Below, piece by piece: positions 1 through 20,580 of a stretch of DNA of 64,000 nucleotides. The DNA comes from Escherichia coli. Its GTDB lineage: Bacteria > Pseudomonadota > Gammaproteobacteria > Enterobacterales > Enterobacteriaceae. The notes under the pieces are model-generated. The model was not told the origin of the DNA. It worked only from the letters and a program-made list of their open reading frames with translations, and made no database searches. Position 1 is the first letter of the stretch; each line of letters starts with the position of its first letter. Location: assembly GCF_050920415.1 (NCBI RefSeq), contig NZ_CP169309.1, one strand, 5' to 3'. A program made the position numbers and the translations under genes.

Positions 1-738
1 AATCCCGTAAGCACCGGTCAGGGCGGGAATATTGAAACTTTTCGATCCCGACGTTAGCAATGCCCAGTCTCCGCGCGCCACATTACTCCAGGGAATATGC
101 GGCTGCTCGCCCCAAACCATATCCATATGGATTTCATCGGAAATAACCCGCACACCATGACGCTCGCACAGGTCAGCCATGATCTCCAGCTCATCGCACG
201 TCCACACTTTCCCGGTAGGATTCTGTGGGCTACACAGAAGCATAATTTTACATTCTGGTTTCGCCAGCACGGCTTCCAGCTTGCCCATATCGCAAAACCA
301 GCCGTCAGGCTGCTTCTCTAAAGCAACGGGCATTACTGTGCGCTGGTTACCTTCAATGGCCTTATAAAATGCGTCATAGGCGGGTGTGTGGATCACCACG
401 CCTTCACCTTTTTCAGACCACTGACGAATCAGTTCCGAGACCATGTAGATAACAGAAGGGCCATACACCACCGACTGCGTATCAATTGCGGTGTAATGCT
501 GGGTGGAAAACCAGTGGGCAATAGCCGCGAGAAACTCATCGTTTTTCCAGCGGCTGTAGCCAAACACGCCGTGCATCAGGCGATGATTCAGCGCCTCGAT
601 AATGCAGGGGGCAGTGGCAAAATCCATGTCTGAAATCGTGAACGGTAACAGGTCAGCAGTGCCGAAACGGTCAGCGACATAATCCCACTGCGTACACCAT
701 GTGCCATGACGATCCACGACCTTTGAAAAATCGAACAT
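1..738 (-). CDS. malY: MalY, PLP-dependent cystathionine beta-lyase / Mal regulon modulator (N-terminal 246 codons; 3' end lies beyond window start)
   Basis: Reverse-strand translation from ATG at 736-738 reads MFDFSKVVDRHGTWCTQWDYVADRFGTADLLPFTISDMDFATAP... Start is 9 bp downstream of the malX stop (malXY operon). Absent from the ORF track because no stop falls inside the window. Confidence 0.85.
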   Translation of the reverse strand, partial: MFDFSKVVDRHGTWCTQWDYVADRFGTADLLPFTISDMDFATAPCIIEALNHRLMHGVFGYSRWKNDEFLAAIAHWFSTQHYTAIDTQSVVYGPSVIYMVSELIRQWSEKGEGVVIHTPAYDAFYKAIEGNQRTVMPVALEKQPDGWFCDMGKLEAVLAKPECKIMLLCSPQNPTGKVWTCDELEIMADLCERHGVRVISDEIHMDMVWGEQPHIPWSNVARGDWALLTSGSKSFNIPALTGAYGI

Positions 739-747
739 ATCTTATCC

Positions 748-2422
<1,675 letters not shown>

Positions 2423-2423
2423 C

Positions 2424-3543
<1,120 letters not shown>

Positions 3544-3654
3544 TCCTCTCTTTATCTGCTATACCTGGTAGTGTCCTTTCCTCAAGGTTAATGATAAAAA
3601 ATGTGGCACACAGGCGGTGCCTTTTATTTTTACTGAAGTTCACAGGAGGTTTAT

Positions 3655-4422
3655 GTGTTTAATTCTGACAACCTGAGACTCGACGGAAAATGCGCCATCA
3701 TCACAGGTGCGGGTGCAGGTATTGGTAAAGAAATCGCCATTACATTCGCGACAGCTGGCGCATCTGTGGTGGTCAGTGATATTAACGCCGATGCAGCTAA
3801 TCATGTTGTAGATGAAATTCAACAACTGGGTGGTCAGGCATTTGCCTGGCGTTGTGATATTACTTCCGAACAGGAACTCTCTGCACTGGCAGACTTTGCC
3901 GTCAGTAAGCTGGGTAAAGTTGATATCCTGGTTAACAACGCCGGTGGCGGTGGTCCTAAACCGTTTGATATGCCAATGGCGGATTTTCGCCGTGCTTATG
4001 AACTGAATGTGTTTTCTTTTTTCCATCTGTCACAACTTGTTGCGCCAGAAATGGAAAAAAATGGCGGTGGCGTTATTCTGACCATTACTTCTATGGCGGC
4101 AGAAAATAAAAATATCAACATGACCTCCTATGCGTCATCTAAAGCTGCGGCCAGTCATCTGGTCAGAAATATGGCGTTTGACCTGGGTGAAAAAAATATT
4201 CGGGTGAATGGCATTGCGCCGGGGGCAATATTAACCGATGCCCTGAAATCCGTTATTACCCCAGAAATTGAACAGAAAATGTTGCAACACACACCAATCA
4301 GACGTCTGGGCCAACCGCAAGATATTGCTAACGCGGCGCTGTTCCTTTGCTCGCCTGCAGCCAGCTGGGTAAGCGGACAAATTCTCACCGTCTCCGGTGG
4401 TGGGGTACAGGAGCTCAATTAA
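3655..4422 (+). CDS. hdhA: 7-alpha-hydroxysteroid dehydrogenase, SDR family (255 aa)
   Basis: GTG start; Rossmann motif TGAGAGIGKE; SDR catalytic Y-x3-K (YASSK). Confidence 0.9.
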   Translation: MFNSDNLRLDGKCAIITGAGAGIGKEIAITFATAGASVVVSDINADAANHVVDEIQQLGGQAFAWRCDITSEQELSALADFAVSKLGKVDILVNNAGGGGPKPFDMPMADFRRAYELNVFSFFHLSQLVAPEMEKNGGGVILTITSMAAENKNINMTSYASSKAAASHLVRNMAFDLGEKNIRVNGIAPGAILTDALKSVITPEIEQKMLQHTPIRRLGQPQDIANAALFLCSPAASWVSGQILTVSGGGVQELN

Positions 4423-4650
4423 TACACTAACGAACCGGTAAACAGCCGTATGTGTTGTTTACCGGGATAGCGTGTGCAACTCGTCAACGTCTCTGCTAAA
4501 CAACTGGCAGCCAAATCACGGCTATTGGTTAACCAATATCTGGATAAAAAGCTTACGAATTGAGTGTGCCTTCGCACTATTCAACAGCAATGATAGGCGC
4601 TCACCTGACAAACCGGTAAACTAGTTATTCACGCTAACTATAATGGTTTA

Positions 4651-5241
4651 ATGATGGATAACATGCAGACTGAAGCACAACCGACACGGACCCGGATCCT
4701 CAATGCTGCCAGAGAGATTTTTTCAGAAAATGGATTTCACAGTGCCTCGATGAAAGCCATCTGTAAATCCTGCGCCATTAGTCCCGGGACGCTCTATCAC
4801 CATTTCATCTCCAAAGAAGCCTTGATTCAGGCGATTATCTTACAGGACCAGGAGAGGGCGCTGGCCCGTTTCCGGGAACCGATTGAAGGGATTCATTTCG
4901 TTGACTATATGGTCGAGTCTATTGTCTCTCTCACCCATGAGGCCTTTGGGCAACGGGCGCTGGTGGTCGAAATTATGGCGGAAGGGATGCGTAACCCACA
5001 GGTCGCCGCCATGCTTAAAAATAAGCATATGACGATCACGGAATTTGTTGCCCAGCGGATGCGTGATGCCCAGCAAAAAGGCGAGATAAGCCCAGACATC
5101 AACACGGCAATGACTTCACGTTTACTGCTGGATCTGACCTACGGTGTACTGGCCGATATCGAAGCGGAAGATCTGGCGCGTGAAGCGTCGTTTGCTCAGG
5201 GATTACGCGCGATGATTGGCGGTATATTAACCGCATCCTGA
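4651..5241 (+). CDS. uidR: TetR-family repressor of the uid (gus) operon (196 aa)
   Basis: N-terminal TetR HTH (RTRILNAAREIFSENGFHSASMKAICKSCAISPGTLYHHF); located directly upstream of uidA. Confidence 0.88.
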   Translation: MMDNMQTEAQPTRTRILNAAREIFSENGFHSASMKAICKSCAISPGTLYHHFISKEALIQAIILQDQERALARFREPIEGIHFVDYMVESIVSLTHEAFGQRALVVEIMAEGMRNPQVAAMLKNKHMTITEFVAQRMRDAQQKGEISPDINTAMTSRLLLDLTYGVLADIEAEDLAREASFAQGLRAMIGGILTAS

Positions 5242-5391
5242 TCCTCTCTCTTTCCGCGGGCTGGTGACAACTGAGCCCGCGTTTCATATCGTAATTTCTC
5301 TGTGCAAAAATCATCCTTCCAGGGATCGGAGAATCCCACCTAAATATTCATCGTAGCAATATATCATGAGGGTTTATCGCTCACAATATGT

Positions 5392-5407
5392 TCGAACGAA
5401 CGTTCGA
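5392..5407. promoter_or_regulatory. Perfect inverted repeat TCGAACG-AA-CGTTCGA in the uidR-uidA intergenic region; candidate operator
   Basis: 7-bp arms with 2-bp spacer read directly. A second palindrome CTGTGT-GCA-ACACAG sits at about 5553-5567, closer to the uidA start. Confidence 0.4.
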
Positions 5408-5577
5408 TTGCTTATTTTGTGGCTTCTGTCAACGCTGTTTTAAAGATTAATGCGATCAATATCACGCTGTGGGTATTGCAGTTTTTGGTTTTTTGATCGC
5501 GGTGTCAGTTCTTTTTATTTCCATTTCTCTTCCATGGGTTTCTCACAGATAACTGTGTGCAACACAGAATTGGTTAA

Positions 5578-8810
<3,233 letters not shown>

Positions 8811-8848
8811 TATTCAATAAAAATAATCAGAACATCAAAGGTGCAACT

Positions 8849-10114
8849 ATGAGAAAAATAGTGGCCATGGCCGTTATTTGCCTGACGGCTGCCTCTGGCC
8901 TTACCTCTGCTTACGCGGCGCAACTGGCTGACGATGAAGCGGGACTACGCATCAGACTGAAAAACGAATTGCGCAGGGCGGATAAGCCCAGTGCTGGCGC
9001 GGGAAGAGATATTTACGCATGGGTACAGGGAGGATTGCTCGATTTCAATAGTGGTTATTATTCCAATATTATTGGCGTTGAAGGCGGGGCGTATTATGTT
9101 TATAAATTAGGTGCTCGTGCTGATATGAGTACCCGGTGGTATCTTGATGGTGATAAAAGTTTTGGCTTTGCCCTGGGTGCAGTAAAAATAAAACCCAGTG
9201 AAAATAGCCTGCTTAAATTAGGTCGCTTCGGGACGGATTATAGTTATGGTAGCTTACCTTATCGTATTCCGTTAATGGCTGGCAGTTCGCAACGTACATT
9301 ACCGACAGTTTCTGAAGGAGCATTAGGTTACTGGGCTTTAACGCCAAATATTGATCTGTGGGGAATGTGGCGGTCACGAGTATTTTTATGGACCGATTCA
9401 ACAACCGGTATTCGTGATGAAGGGGTTTATAACAGCCAGACGGGAAAATACGATAAACATCGCGCACGTTCTTTTTTAGCCGCCAGTTGGCATGATGATA
9501 CCAGTCGCTATTCTCTGGGGGCATCGGTACAGAAAGATGTTTCCAATCAGATACAAAGTATTCTCGAGAAAAGCATACCGCTCGACCCGAATTATACGTT
9601 GAAAGGGGAGTTGCTCGGCTTTTACGCGCAACTCGAAGGTTTAAGTCGTAATACCAGCCAGCCCAATGAAACGGCGTTGGTTAGTGGACAATTGACCTGG
9701 AATGCGCCGTGGGGAAGCGTATTTGGCAGTGGTGGTTATTTGCGCCATGCAATGAATGGTGCCGTGGTGGACACCGACATTGGCTATCCCTTTTCATTAA
9801 GTCTTGATCGTAACCGTGAAGGAATGCAGTCCTGGCAATTGGGCGTCAATTATCGTTTAACTCCGCAATTTACGCTGACATTTGCACCGATTGTGACTCG
9901 CGGCTATGAATCCAGTAAACGAGATGTGCGGATTGAAGGCGCGGGTATCTTAGGTGGTATGAACTATCGGGTCAGCGAAGGGCCGTTACAAGGGATGAAT
10001 TTCTTTCTTGCTGCCGATAAAGGGCGGGAAAAGCGCGATGGCAGTACACTGGGCGATCACCTGAATTACTGGGATGTGAAAATGAGTATTCAGTATGACT
10101 TTATGCTGAAGTAA
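8849..10114 (+). CDS. uidC: Outer-membrane glucuronide porin UidC (421 aa)
   Basis: Signal peptide MRKIVAMAVICLTAASGLTSAYA and C-terminal beta-barrel signature ending in F; third gene after uidB. Confidence 0.9.
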   Translation: MRKIVAMAVICLTAASGLTSAYAAQLADDEAGLRIRLKNELRRADKPSAGAGRDIYAWVQGGLLDFNSGYYSNIIGVEGGAYYVYKLGARADMSTRWYLDGDKSFGFALGAVKIKPSENSLLKLGRFGTDYSYGSLPYRIPLMAGSSQRTLPTVSEGALGYWALTPNIDLWGMWRSRVFLWTDSTTGIRDEGVYNSQTGKYDKHRARSFLAASWHDDTSRYSLGASVQKDVSNQIQSILEKSIPLDPNYTLKGELLGFYAQLEGLSRNTSQPNETALVSGQLTWNAPWGSVFGSGGYLRHAMNGAVVDTDIGYPFSLSLDRNREGMQSWQLGVNYRLTPQFTLTFAPIVTRGYESSKRDVRIEGAGILGGMNYRVSEGPLQGMNFFLAADKGREKRDGSTLGDHLNYWDVKMSIQYDFMLK

Positions 10115-10123
10115 GAAAAAACG

Positions 10124-10151
10124 CCGGAGAGAAAAATCTCCGGCATTTTGG
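10124..10151 (+). terminator. Rho-independent terminator downstream of uidC (CCGGAGA-loop-TCTCCGG + T-run)
   Basis: Perfect 7-bp stem with 6-nt loop followed by CATTTTGG; lies between convergent uidC and ydgA. Confidence 0.6.
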
Positions 10152-10158
10152 CTGTGAA

Positions 10159-11667
10159 TTACTGCTGCGGAATAGCGGGTACAGCTGGAACGTTTAATGC
10201 CGGCATCGCAAACATCCCAACAAAATCTTCCAGTGGCATTTTCTGCCCGTTTAACGTGATCTGACCGTTAGCATATTGCAGGCTGGTGGTGATGGTATTG
10301 TCCTGCAAGGTGGTCAGACGGAACATCTGCCCCATTGCTGATGCACCTTCAACTTGCTGTTTCGCCAGTTTTTTCGCTTGATCTTCCTGATAACCTTCCA
10401 GCTTCGCTACCTGAGTCATCAACTCAGTTGCCATATCCACCGGAATGGTCAGTTTCGCATCCAGAGATTTAACCGAGCGGTCTACTTCCTGTGCCAGCGT
10501 TTGCGGCGCTTCTTTTGTCGTTGCCGGATCTTTCAGGAACAGCGACAGATTCAACGCACTTTCACCCTGACTGTTTTTCCAGCTTAACGGCGCGATAGTA
10601 ATCACCGGATCGCCTTTCAACATCAGCGGCAGGGCGCTAAAGAAGGCTTCCGTCACTTTCTCCTGATAAAGTTCGGGATTGTTGGCAATCTCTGGCTGTG
10701 CCAGAAGCGCCTGAGTTTGCGCGTTATATTGCTGACTAAACTGATGCCAGGCTTCGCCATCAATCTGGCCGACTTTTAAAGTCAGCTTGCCGCTGCCCAG
10801 ATCCTGATTCTGTACCTTAAGGCTATTTAGCGAGTAATCCAGTTGGCTATTGATCGTTTTACCGTCATTGACCAGATCCGATTTACCGCTGATCTCTATG
10901 CCTTCCAGCAGTGCCAGTTCTTTGCCTTCCACTGAAATGGTCATTTTCTCCAGCGACAGTTTTTGGTTTCCTACGCGCTCACCAAAACTTGCCAGCGTGC
11001 TGGAACCGTCGGTTTTCAGATTATTAAAGGTTAACTGCACTTTCTGGTTGTATTCGTTAACCGCGTCTACCCGACCACTTTGCGCCTCTCCGGAAAGGGA
11101 GATAGCTTTGCCGTCTTTGTCAGCATTTAACTGGAACTCGCCGCCGCTAAAGGCGACTTTTTCATCCTTTTGTTCGTAATTCAGTGGCTTGAGCGAAATA
11201 TCGGAACTGGAATCTCCGCTGTAACCAATGCGGGAGTTAATCTCAAAAGGCGTTTCACCCTTTGCCATATCAAACAGTGGCTTGCTTACTTCGTTATTGA
11301 CCAGCGTAGTTTGAATTGATGCCATAGACGGGATCAGGTTCAGTTTTTTAAGCTGGGCAAAGGGGAAGGGGCCATGATCAACTGATTCGTTGAAGATGAC
11401 GCTCTGACCACTTTTAATCCACGGATTTTCTTTTCCGGCAACGGGTTTCACCAACAGCTGCAACTGGCTGCTGAATACGCCGCGATGATAGTTTTGATAA
11501 CTTACTTCCAGATTGGATTCAGGAGCTGTCAGTTTGAGTTGCGCGTTCGCCTGCGCGACCATGTCTTCGAGATGGGTTTCTATCTTCTTGCCTGTATACC
11601 ATGCGCCGCCTGTCCAGACTACGCCTAGCGCAACAATGACGCCTACCGCTACCAGCGATTTATTCAT
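10159..11667 (-). CDS. ydgA: DUF945-family periplasmic protein YdgA (502 aa)
   Basis: N-terminal signal/anchor MNKSLVAVGVIVALGVVWTGGAWY; length and neighbourhood match ydgA. Confidence 0.85.
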   Translation of the reverse strand: MNKSLVAVGVIVALGVVWTGGAWYTGKKIETHLEDMVAQANAQLKLTAPESNLEVSYQNYHRGVFSSQLQLLVKPVAGKENPWIKSGQSVIFNESVDHGPFPFAQLKKLNLIPSMASIQTTLVNNEVSKPLFDMAKGETPFEINSRIGYSGDSSSDISLKPLNYEQKDEKVAFSGGEFQLNADKDGKAISLSGEAQSGRVDAVNEYNQKVQLTFNNLKTDGSSTLASFGERVGNQKLSLEKMTISVEGKELALLEGIEISGKSDLVNDGKTINSQLDYSLNSLKVQNQDLGSGKLTLKVGQIDGEAWHQFSQQYNAQTQALLAQPEIANNPELYQEKVTEAFFSALPLMLKGDPVITIAPLSWKNSQGESALNLSLFLKDPATTKEAPQTLAQEVDRSVKSLDAKLTIPVDMATELMTQVAKLEGYQEDQAKKLAKQQVEGASAMGQMFRLTTLQDNTITTSLQYANGQITLNGQKMPLEDFVGMFAMPALNVPAVPAIPQQ

Positions 11668-11767
11668 AATGATTATCCATAAAATGAAATCAGGCGGACT
11701 GGCCGCCTGAAGGTGTTATAAGCCTTTAATAAGCTTAGCAAGAGATGTTAATTTTTTCAGTAAGCTC

Positions 11768-12943
11768 TTACAGCTTGTTGTAAACACGCGCTAAACGGCC
11801 GTGGCCTTTGACAGTCACCGGTGATTCGTTGGCGGCAATAAACGCTGATTCACCCGGTTTAAGCTGTAACTGCTGAGAACCTTTACACAGCGTTGCATCG
11901 CCTTCGACGCAGAACAAAATGGCGGCACTCTGCTGGCTGATGGTGGTTTCTTCTTCGCTAAGGTCATGCAGCGAGAAGGCAAAATCATCCACCGGAATCG
12001 GGAAGTCCAGTTCTGCACCTTGTTTCACTGGCTGGGTCAACAACTGGTTAGCCGGTTTGGCTTCGAACTTCACATTGGCAACCAGTTCCGGAATATCAAT
12101 GTATTTAGGCGTCAGACCCGCACGCAGCACGTTATCGGAGTTCGCCATCACTTCCAGCGCCACGCCTTGCAGGTAAGCGTGCGGTGTTTCAGCGAACAGG
12201 AACATCGCTTCGCCAGGATTCAATTTCACCACATTCAGCAACAGCGGGGAGAACAGACCGCTGTCTTCCGGGTAAAATTCAGAAATTAAACGAATCGTTT
12301 GCCATGGTTCACCCTGCTGGCTGTCGAGGGCCGATTTTAAAATCGCCAGCGCGCGGGATTTTTCTTCACCCTGCATATTCAACAGGCTGGCGAACAGTTC
12401 GCTTAAACGTTCGGCATCAGGCTGTTGTAAAAAGTGAGCAATCGCCGGATGTGCACCTGCGACTGGCTGGAGTAGGGAGACAATCTCGGAAAACTCACGA
12501 AACGCGTTCATCGCAAGGAAAGGCGTCAGCGCAAAAACCAGCTCCGGCTTGTGGTTAGGATCTTTATAGTTACGCTCAGCGGCATCCATCGGAATACCTG
12601 CAGCATTTTCTTTGGCAAAACCGATTTCAGAATTGCGTTTGTTTGGATGAACCTGAATGGAGAGCGGCTGTGCTGCGCATAATACTTTGAACAGGAAAGG
12701 CAGTTCGCCAAAGCGTTTGGCAACGGCCTCTCCGAGCAGAGTCGATTTATCACTCTCAATCACATCACGCAGTGAAACGATATCTCCGGCGGCATTCTGC
12801 ACCTGTGAACTGCTTTTCGGATGTGCGCCCATCCACAGCTCGGCCATCGGCTGGCTGGACGGATTTTCCATACCATAAAGTTCAGTCAACGCCGTTTTGC
12901 TGCCCCAGGCATAGTTTTGCACTGAGTTAATGAGTTTTTGCAT
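11768..12943 (-). CDS. manA: Mannose-6-phosphate isomerase, class I (391 aa)
   Basis: Recognised N-terminus MQKLINSVQNYAWGSKTALTELYGMENPSSQPMAELWMGAHPKSSS begins at internal ATG 12941-12943; the track ORF extends 26 codons further upstream. Confidence 0.92.
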   Translation of the reverse strand: MQKLINSVQNYAWGSKTALTELYGMENPSSQPMAELWMGAHPKSSSQVQNAAGDIVSLRDVIESDKSTLLGEAVAKRFGELPFLFKVLCAAQPLSIQVHPNKRNSEIGFAKENAAGIPMDAAERNYKDPNHKPELVFALTPFLAMNAFREFSEIVSLLQPVAGAHPAIAHFLQQPDAERLSELFASLLNMQGEEKSRALAILKSALDSQQGEPWQTIRLISEFYPEDSGLFSPLLLNVVKLNPGEAMFLFAETPHAYLQGVALEVMANSDNVLRAGLTPKYIDIPELVANVKFEAKPANQLLTQPVKQGAELDFPIPVDDFAFSLHDLSEEETTISQQSAAILFCVEGDATLCKGSQQLQLKPGESAFIAANESPVTVKGHGRLARVYNKL

Positions 12944-13141
12944 GATCAATCCCTGTTTTAATGTGGAAATTAATCCCGCTATTAAAGCAAGAATCCTACG
13001 GGAAGTAACCTGGAGCCGCAAAAAGTCGTACTAGTCTCAGTTTTTGTTAAAAAACTGTGTAGGATATTGTTACTCGCTTTTAACAGGGCAACGGAACACC
13101 CGCCCAGAGCATAACCAAACCAGGCAGTAAGTGAGAGAACA

Positions 13142-14788
13142 ATGTCAAACAAACCCTTTCATTATCAGGCTCCTTTTCCACTCAAAAAAGATGATACTGA
13201 GTATTACCTGCTAACCAGCGAACACGTTAGCGTATCTGAATTTGAAGGGCAGGAGATTTTGAAAGTCGCACCCGAAGCGTTAACTCTGTTGGCGCGTCAG
13301 GCGTTTCATGATGCGTCATTTATGCTGCGTCCGGCTCACCAACAACAGGTGGCCGATATTCTGCGTGACCCGGAGGCCAGCGAAAATGATAAATATGTGG
13401 CGCTGCAATTCCTGCGTAACTCCGACATCGCGGCAAAAGGCGTTCTGCCAACCTGTCAGGATACCGGCACCGCGATTATTGTTGGTAAAAAAGGGCAGCG
13501 TGTATGGACCGGTGGCGGTGATGAAGCAGCGCTGGCGCGCGGTGTCTATAACACTTATATCGAGGATAATCTGCGCTACTCGCAAAACGCGCCGCTGGAT
13601 ATGTATAAAGAGGTGAATACCGGCACTAACTTACCAGCGCAGATCGATCTTTATGCCGTTGATGGTGACGAGTACAAATTCCTCTGTATCGCCAAAGGTG
13701 GCGGTTCGGCAAACAAGACGTATCTCTATCAGGAAACCAAAGCGTTACTGACGCCGGGAAAACTGAAAAATTACCTGGTTGAGAAGATGCGCACGCTGGG
13801 TACGGCGGCCTGTCCTCCGTATCATATTGCGTTCGTTATTGGTGGAACTTCTGCAGAAACGAATCTTAAAACGGTGAAACTGGCTTCCGCTAAATACTAT
13901 GATGAACTGCCAACGGAAGGGAATGAGCACGGTCAGGCGTTCCGCGATGTGGAACTTGAAAAAGAATTGCTGATCGAAGCGCAAAATCTTGGTCTGGGTG
14001 CGCAGTTTGGTGGTAAATACTTCGCTCACGACATCCGCGTGATTCGCCTGCCACGTCACGGCGCATCCTGCCCGGTCGGTATGGGTGTCTCCTGTTCTGC
14101 TGACCGTAATATCAAAGCGAAGATCAACCGTCAGGGGATCTGGATCGAAAAACTGGAACATAATCCAGGCAAATATATCCCGGAAGAGCTGCGCAAAGCG
14201 GGAGAAGGCGAAGCGGTGCGCGTTGACCTTAACCGTCCGATGAAAGAGATCCTCGCACAGTTGTCGCAGTATCCCGTTTCTACACGCTTATCGCTGAATG
14301 GCACGATTATCGTCGGTCGTGATATTGCTCACGCCAAACTGAAAGAGCGGATGGATAACGGTGAAGGGCTGCCGCAGTACATCAAAGATCATCCGATTTA
14401 CTATGCGGGTCCGGCCAAAACGCCGGAAGGTTATGCCTCCGGTTCTCTTGGCCCAACGACCGCCGGACGGATGGATTCTTATGTCGATCAACTGCAAGCG
14501 CAGGGCGGCAGTATGATCATGCTGGCGAAAGGCAACCGCAGCCAGCAGGTGACGGATGCCTGTAAAAAACACGGCGGTTTCTACCTCGGTAGTATCGGTG
14601 GTCCGGCAGCAGTATTGGCGCAGGGAAGTATTAAGAGCCTGGAATGTGTTGAATATCCGGAACTGGGAATGGAAGCCATCTGGAAAATTGAAGTAGAAGA
14701 TTTCCCGGCGTTTATCCTTGTGGATGATAAAGGAAATGACTTCTTCCAGCAGATACAACTCACACAGTGCACCCGCTGTGTGAAATAA
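13142..14788 (+). CDS. fumA: Fumarate hydratase class I (Fe-S), 548 aa
   Basis: [42 protein letters not shown]...; class I fumarase length. Confidence 0.93.
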   Translation: MSNKPFHYQAPFPLKKDDTEYYLLTSEHVSVSEFEGQEILKVAPEALTLLARQAFHDASFMLRPAHQQQVADILRDPEASENDKYVALQFLRNSDIAAKGVLPTCQDTGTAIIVGKKGQRVWTGGGDEAALARGVYNTYIEDNLRYSQNAPLDMYKEVNTGTNLPAQIDLYAVDGDEYKFLCIAKGGGSANKTYLYQETKALLTPGKLKNYLVEKMRTLGTAACPPYHIAFVIGGTSAETNLKTVKLASAKYYDELPTEGNEHGQAFRDVELEKELLIEAQNLGLGAQFGGKYFAHDIRVIRLPRHGASCPVGMGVSCSADRNIKAKINRQGIWIEKLEHNPGKYIPEELRKAGEGEAVRVDLNRPMKEILAQLSQYPVSTRLSLNGTIIVGRDIAHAKLKERMDNGEGLPQYIKDHPIYYAGPAKTPEGYASGSLGPTTAGRMDSYVDQLQAQGGSMIMLAKGNRSQQVTDACKKHGGFYLGSIGGPAAVLAQGSIKSLECVEYPELGMEAIWKIEVEDFPAFILVDDKGNDFFQQIQLTQCTRCVK

Positions 14789-14793
14789 ACAGA

Positions 14794-14817
14794 GCCGCCC
14801 TTCGGGGCGGTTTTTTT
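14794..14817 (+). terminator. Rho-independent terminator after fumA (GCCGCCC-TTCG-GGGCGG + T7)
   Basis: GC-rich hairpin with tetraloop and a 7-T run, starting 6 bp after the fumA stop. Confidence 0.75.
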
Positions 14818-14930
14818 ACATGGCACGAAAGACCAAACACTTGTTATCAAATAGTAAATAATGAGTGAGCTAAAAGTTGCTTAACGAAAGCAAAACAGAA
14901 AGAAAAAATTAATCAGGTGAGGAGCAGGCC

Positions 14931-18638
<3,708 letters not shown>

Positions 18639-18641
18639 CGC

Positions 18642-19361
18642 TTATTCCCATGCATGAGGCGCAAAAAGATAGCCTTTGTTACGCACAGTTTTAATGCGAT
18701 AAGGTTCTGCGGCGTTATCGAGCAGTTTTTTTCTTAATCGCGAAATAGCCACATCCACGCTACGATCCAGACCATCATAACTGACGCCACGTAAGTTCTT
18801 CAGCAATGCATCGCGGTCCATGATTTGCCCGGCATGAGTGGCTAATTCCCACAATAATTCGAAATCAGCCGTCGAGAGCGAGATTTCAGCATTAGCCAGA
18901 GTGACTACGCGGTTGATGGGATCGATAGTCAACGTGCCGAAATGCAGGGCTTTGTAGGGAGTCAGCGTCGTTTCCTGAAGACCTTTGCTCAGTGTGGCTT
19001 GCTCATTCTGACGCAAATGCAAACGTAAACGCGCTAACAAAACAGCAGGGGGCGTCGTTTTGAGAATATAGTCGCAGGCACCCATTTCTAGTGCCAGGAT
19101 GTGGTTCATATCGCTATCGAGAGAGGTTAGAAGAACAATCGGTCCGGACCACTTTGCGCGTAAATCACGACAAATGGTCATGCCGTCCTTGCCTGGTAGC
19201 ATGATATCGAGTAACACCAAATCCGGATTTTCTCGCAGAATAGTTTCTTCGGCCTGGTCGCCGCGCGGCTCTACGGTAACCTGCATATCATGTTTTGCCA
19301 GGTACGCGGCAATCAGTGAACCGACTTCCGCATCATCTTCCACAAATACGATAGTGTTCAT
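18642..19361 (-). CDS. rstA: OmpR-family response regulator RstA (239 aa)
   Basis: Receiver domain starting MNTIVFVEDDAEV with winged-helix C-terminus; start taken at internal ATG 19359-19361. Confidence 0.9.
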   Translation of the reverse strand: MNTIVFVEDDAEVGSLIAAYLAKHDMQVTVEPRGDQAEETILRENPDLVLLDIMLPGKDGMTICRDLRAKWSGPIVLLTSLDSDMNHILALEMGACDYILKTTPPAVLLARLRLHLRQNEQATLSKGLQETTLTPYKALHFGTLTIDPINRVVTLANAEISLSTADFELLWELATHAGQIMDRDALLKNLRGVSYDGLDRSVDVAISRLRKKLLDNAAEPYRIKTVRNKGYLFAPHAWE

Positions 19362-19489
19362 ATTATTCACGGTAGATATAAAAACGTCACAATACACCGC
19401 GCTGTTTTTACTTACTATCAATCGTTTCTAAACAAGTTTTCATCAGGTATTCTACTGGTGACTTGTTATGGAAGTGTTAAGGTAAAAAG

Positions 19490-19825
19490 ATGGGGCTGGT
19501 AATCAAAGCCGCGCTCGGTGCGCTGGTAGTGCTGTTGATTGGTGTTTTAGCAAAAACGAAAAATTATTATATCGCCGGGCTGATTCCACTTTTCCCGACC
19601 TTTGCGCTCATCGCGCATTATATTGTTGCCAGCGAACGCGGCATTGAAGCCTTACGCGCAACCATCATTTTTAGCATGTGGTCGATTATTCCCTATTTTG
19701 TTTACCTGGCGTCGCTGTGGTATTTCACCGGAATGATGCGCTTGCCCGCCGCTTTTGTTGGTTCTGTTGCATGCTGGGGGATAAGCGCATGGGTGTTGAT
19801 TATATGCTGGATTAAGCTGCATTAA
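19490..19825 (+). CDS. ydgC: GlpM-family inner membrane protein YdgC (111 aa)
   Basis: Small four-helix hydrophobic protein; position between rstA and folM. Confidence 0.8.
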   Translation: MGLVIKAALGALVVLLIGVLAKTKNYYIAGLIPLFPTFALIAHYIVASERGIEALRATIIFSMWSIIPYFVYLASLWYFTGMMRLPAAFVGSVACWGISAWVLIICWIKLH

Positions 19826-20544
19826 CGCAGATGACGACCGCCATCAAGAGGGAAACTGCGTCCGGTGACAAAGCAGCTGGTAAGTAAGTAATCGACCAGG
19901 TCGATCACTTCTTTCTCGCCAGGCGCGGTTTTCATCAGTGATTTATTCAGCGCCTGTTGTCGATATTCGGCATCATCATGCTCATTAAACAGGATCAGCG
20001 ATGGCGCAATAGAATTCACTTTCACTTCCGGTGCCAGCTTGCGGGCAAACGAGCGGGTCATATTATCCAGTGCTGCTTTGCTTGCAGCATAGGCAATATG
20101 TTTGTCGCTACCGCGCTCCACCACATAATCGGTAAAGTGAATAATATCGCTGGCGGCGTGTCCGTGCCCGCGCAGTAATCTTTCCAGCGCGTGGTTAAGT
20201 AGGTATGGGGCATTAACGTGGATCTGCATCATGCAGGCCAGTACGTCGGTGAGTGGCATACCTGGTTTTTCTGCCATCCACGCACTGGCATTGTGCAACA
20301 CCGCACGCAGGCCGTGGGTGCTTTTTAGCACTTCATCGGCAAACGCCATCACACCGTCGTTGGTCGAAAAATCAGCCTGAATACACAGCGCACCCGCATT
20401 CATCAGCCCATCAATGGCAGGATAGTGTGTCCGATAGCTGACTATCACCGGTTGCTTTTGATTAATGAAATGCCAAGCGAGGGCGAGGCCGATGCGACGG
20501 CCGCCTCCAGTAATTAATATTGGCAAGGGCTGGGTTTTACCCAT
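19822..20544 (-). CDS. folM: Dihydromonapterin/dihydrofolate reductase FolM, SDR family (240 aa)
   Basis: Rossmann motif ITGGGRRIG; SDR Y-x3-K (YAASK). Confidence 0.9.
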   Translation of the reverse strand: MGKTQPLPILITGGGRRIGLALAWHFINQKQPVIVSYRTHYPAIDGLMNAGALCIQADFSTNDGVMAFADEVLKSTHGLRAVLHNASAWMAEKPGMPLTDVLACMMQIHVNAPYLLNHALERLLRGHGHAASDIIHFTDYVVERGSDKHIAYAASKAALDNMTRSFARKLAPEVKVNSIAPSLILFNEHDDAEYRQQALNKSLMKTAPGEKEVIDLVDYLLTSCFVTGRSFPLDGGRHLR

Positions 20545-20580
20545 CGTTATCTCCTTTGCTATCCAACGATGGGATGAACG

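Noticed and set aside
4423-4650. Long hairpin CCGGTAAACA-loop-TGTTTACCGG after hdhA, considered as a terminator or REP element
   Set aside because: Perfect 10-bp stem but no following T-run and no match to the REP consensus as I recall it; function uncertain, so left unannotated.
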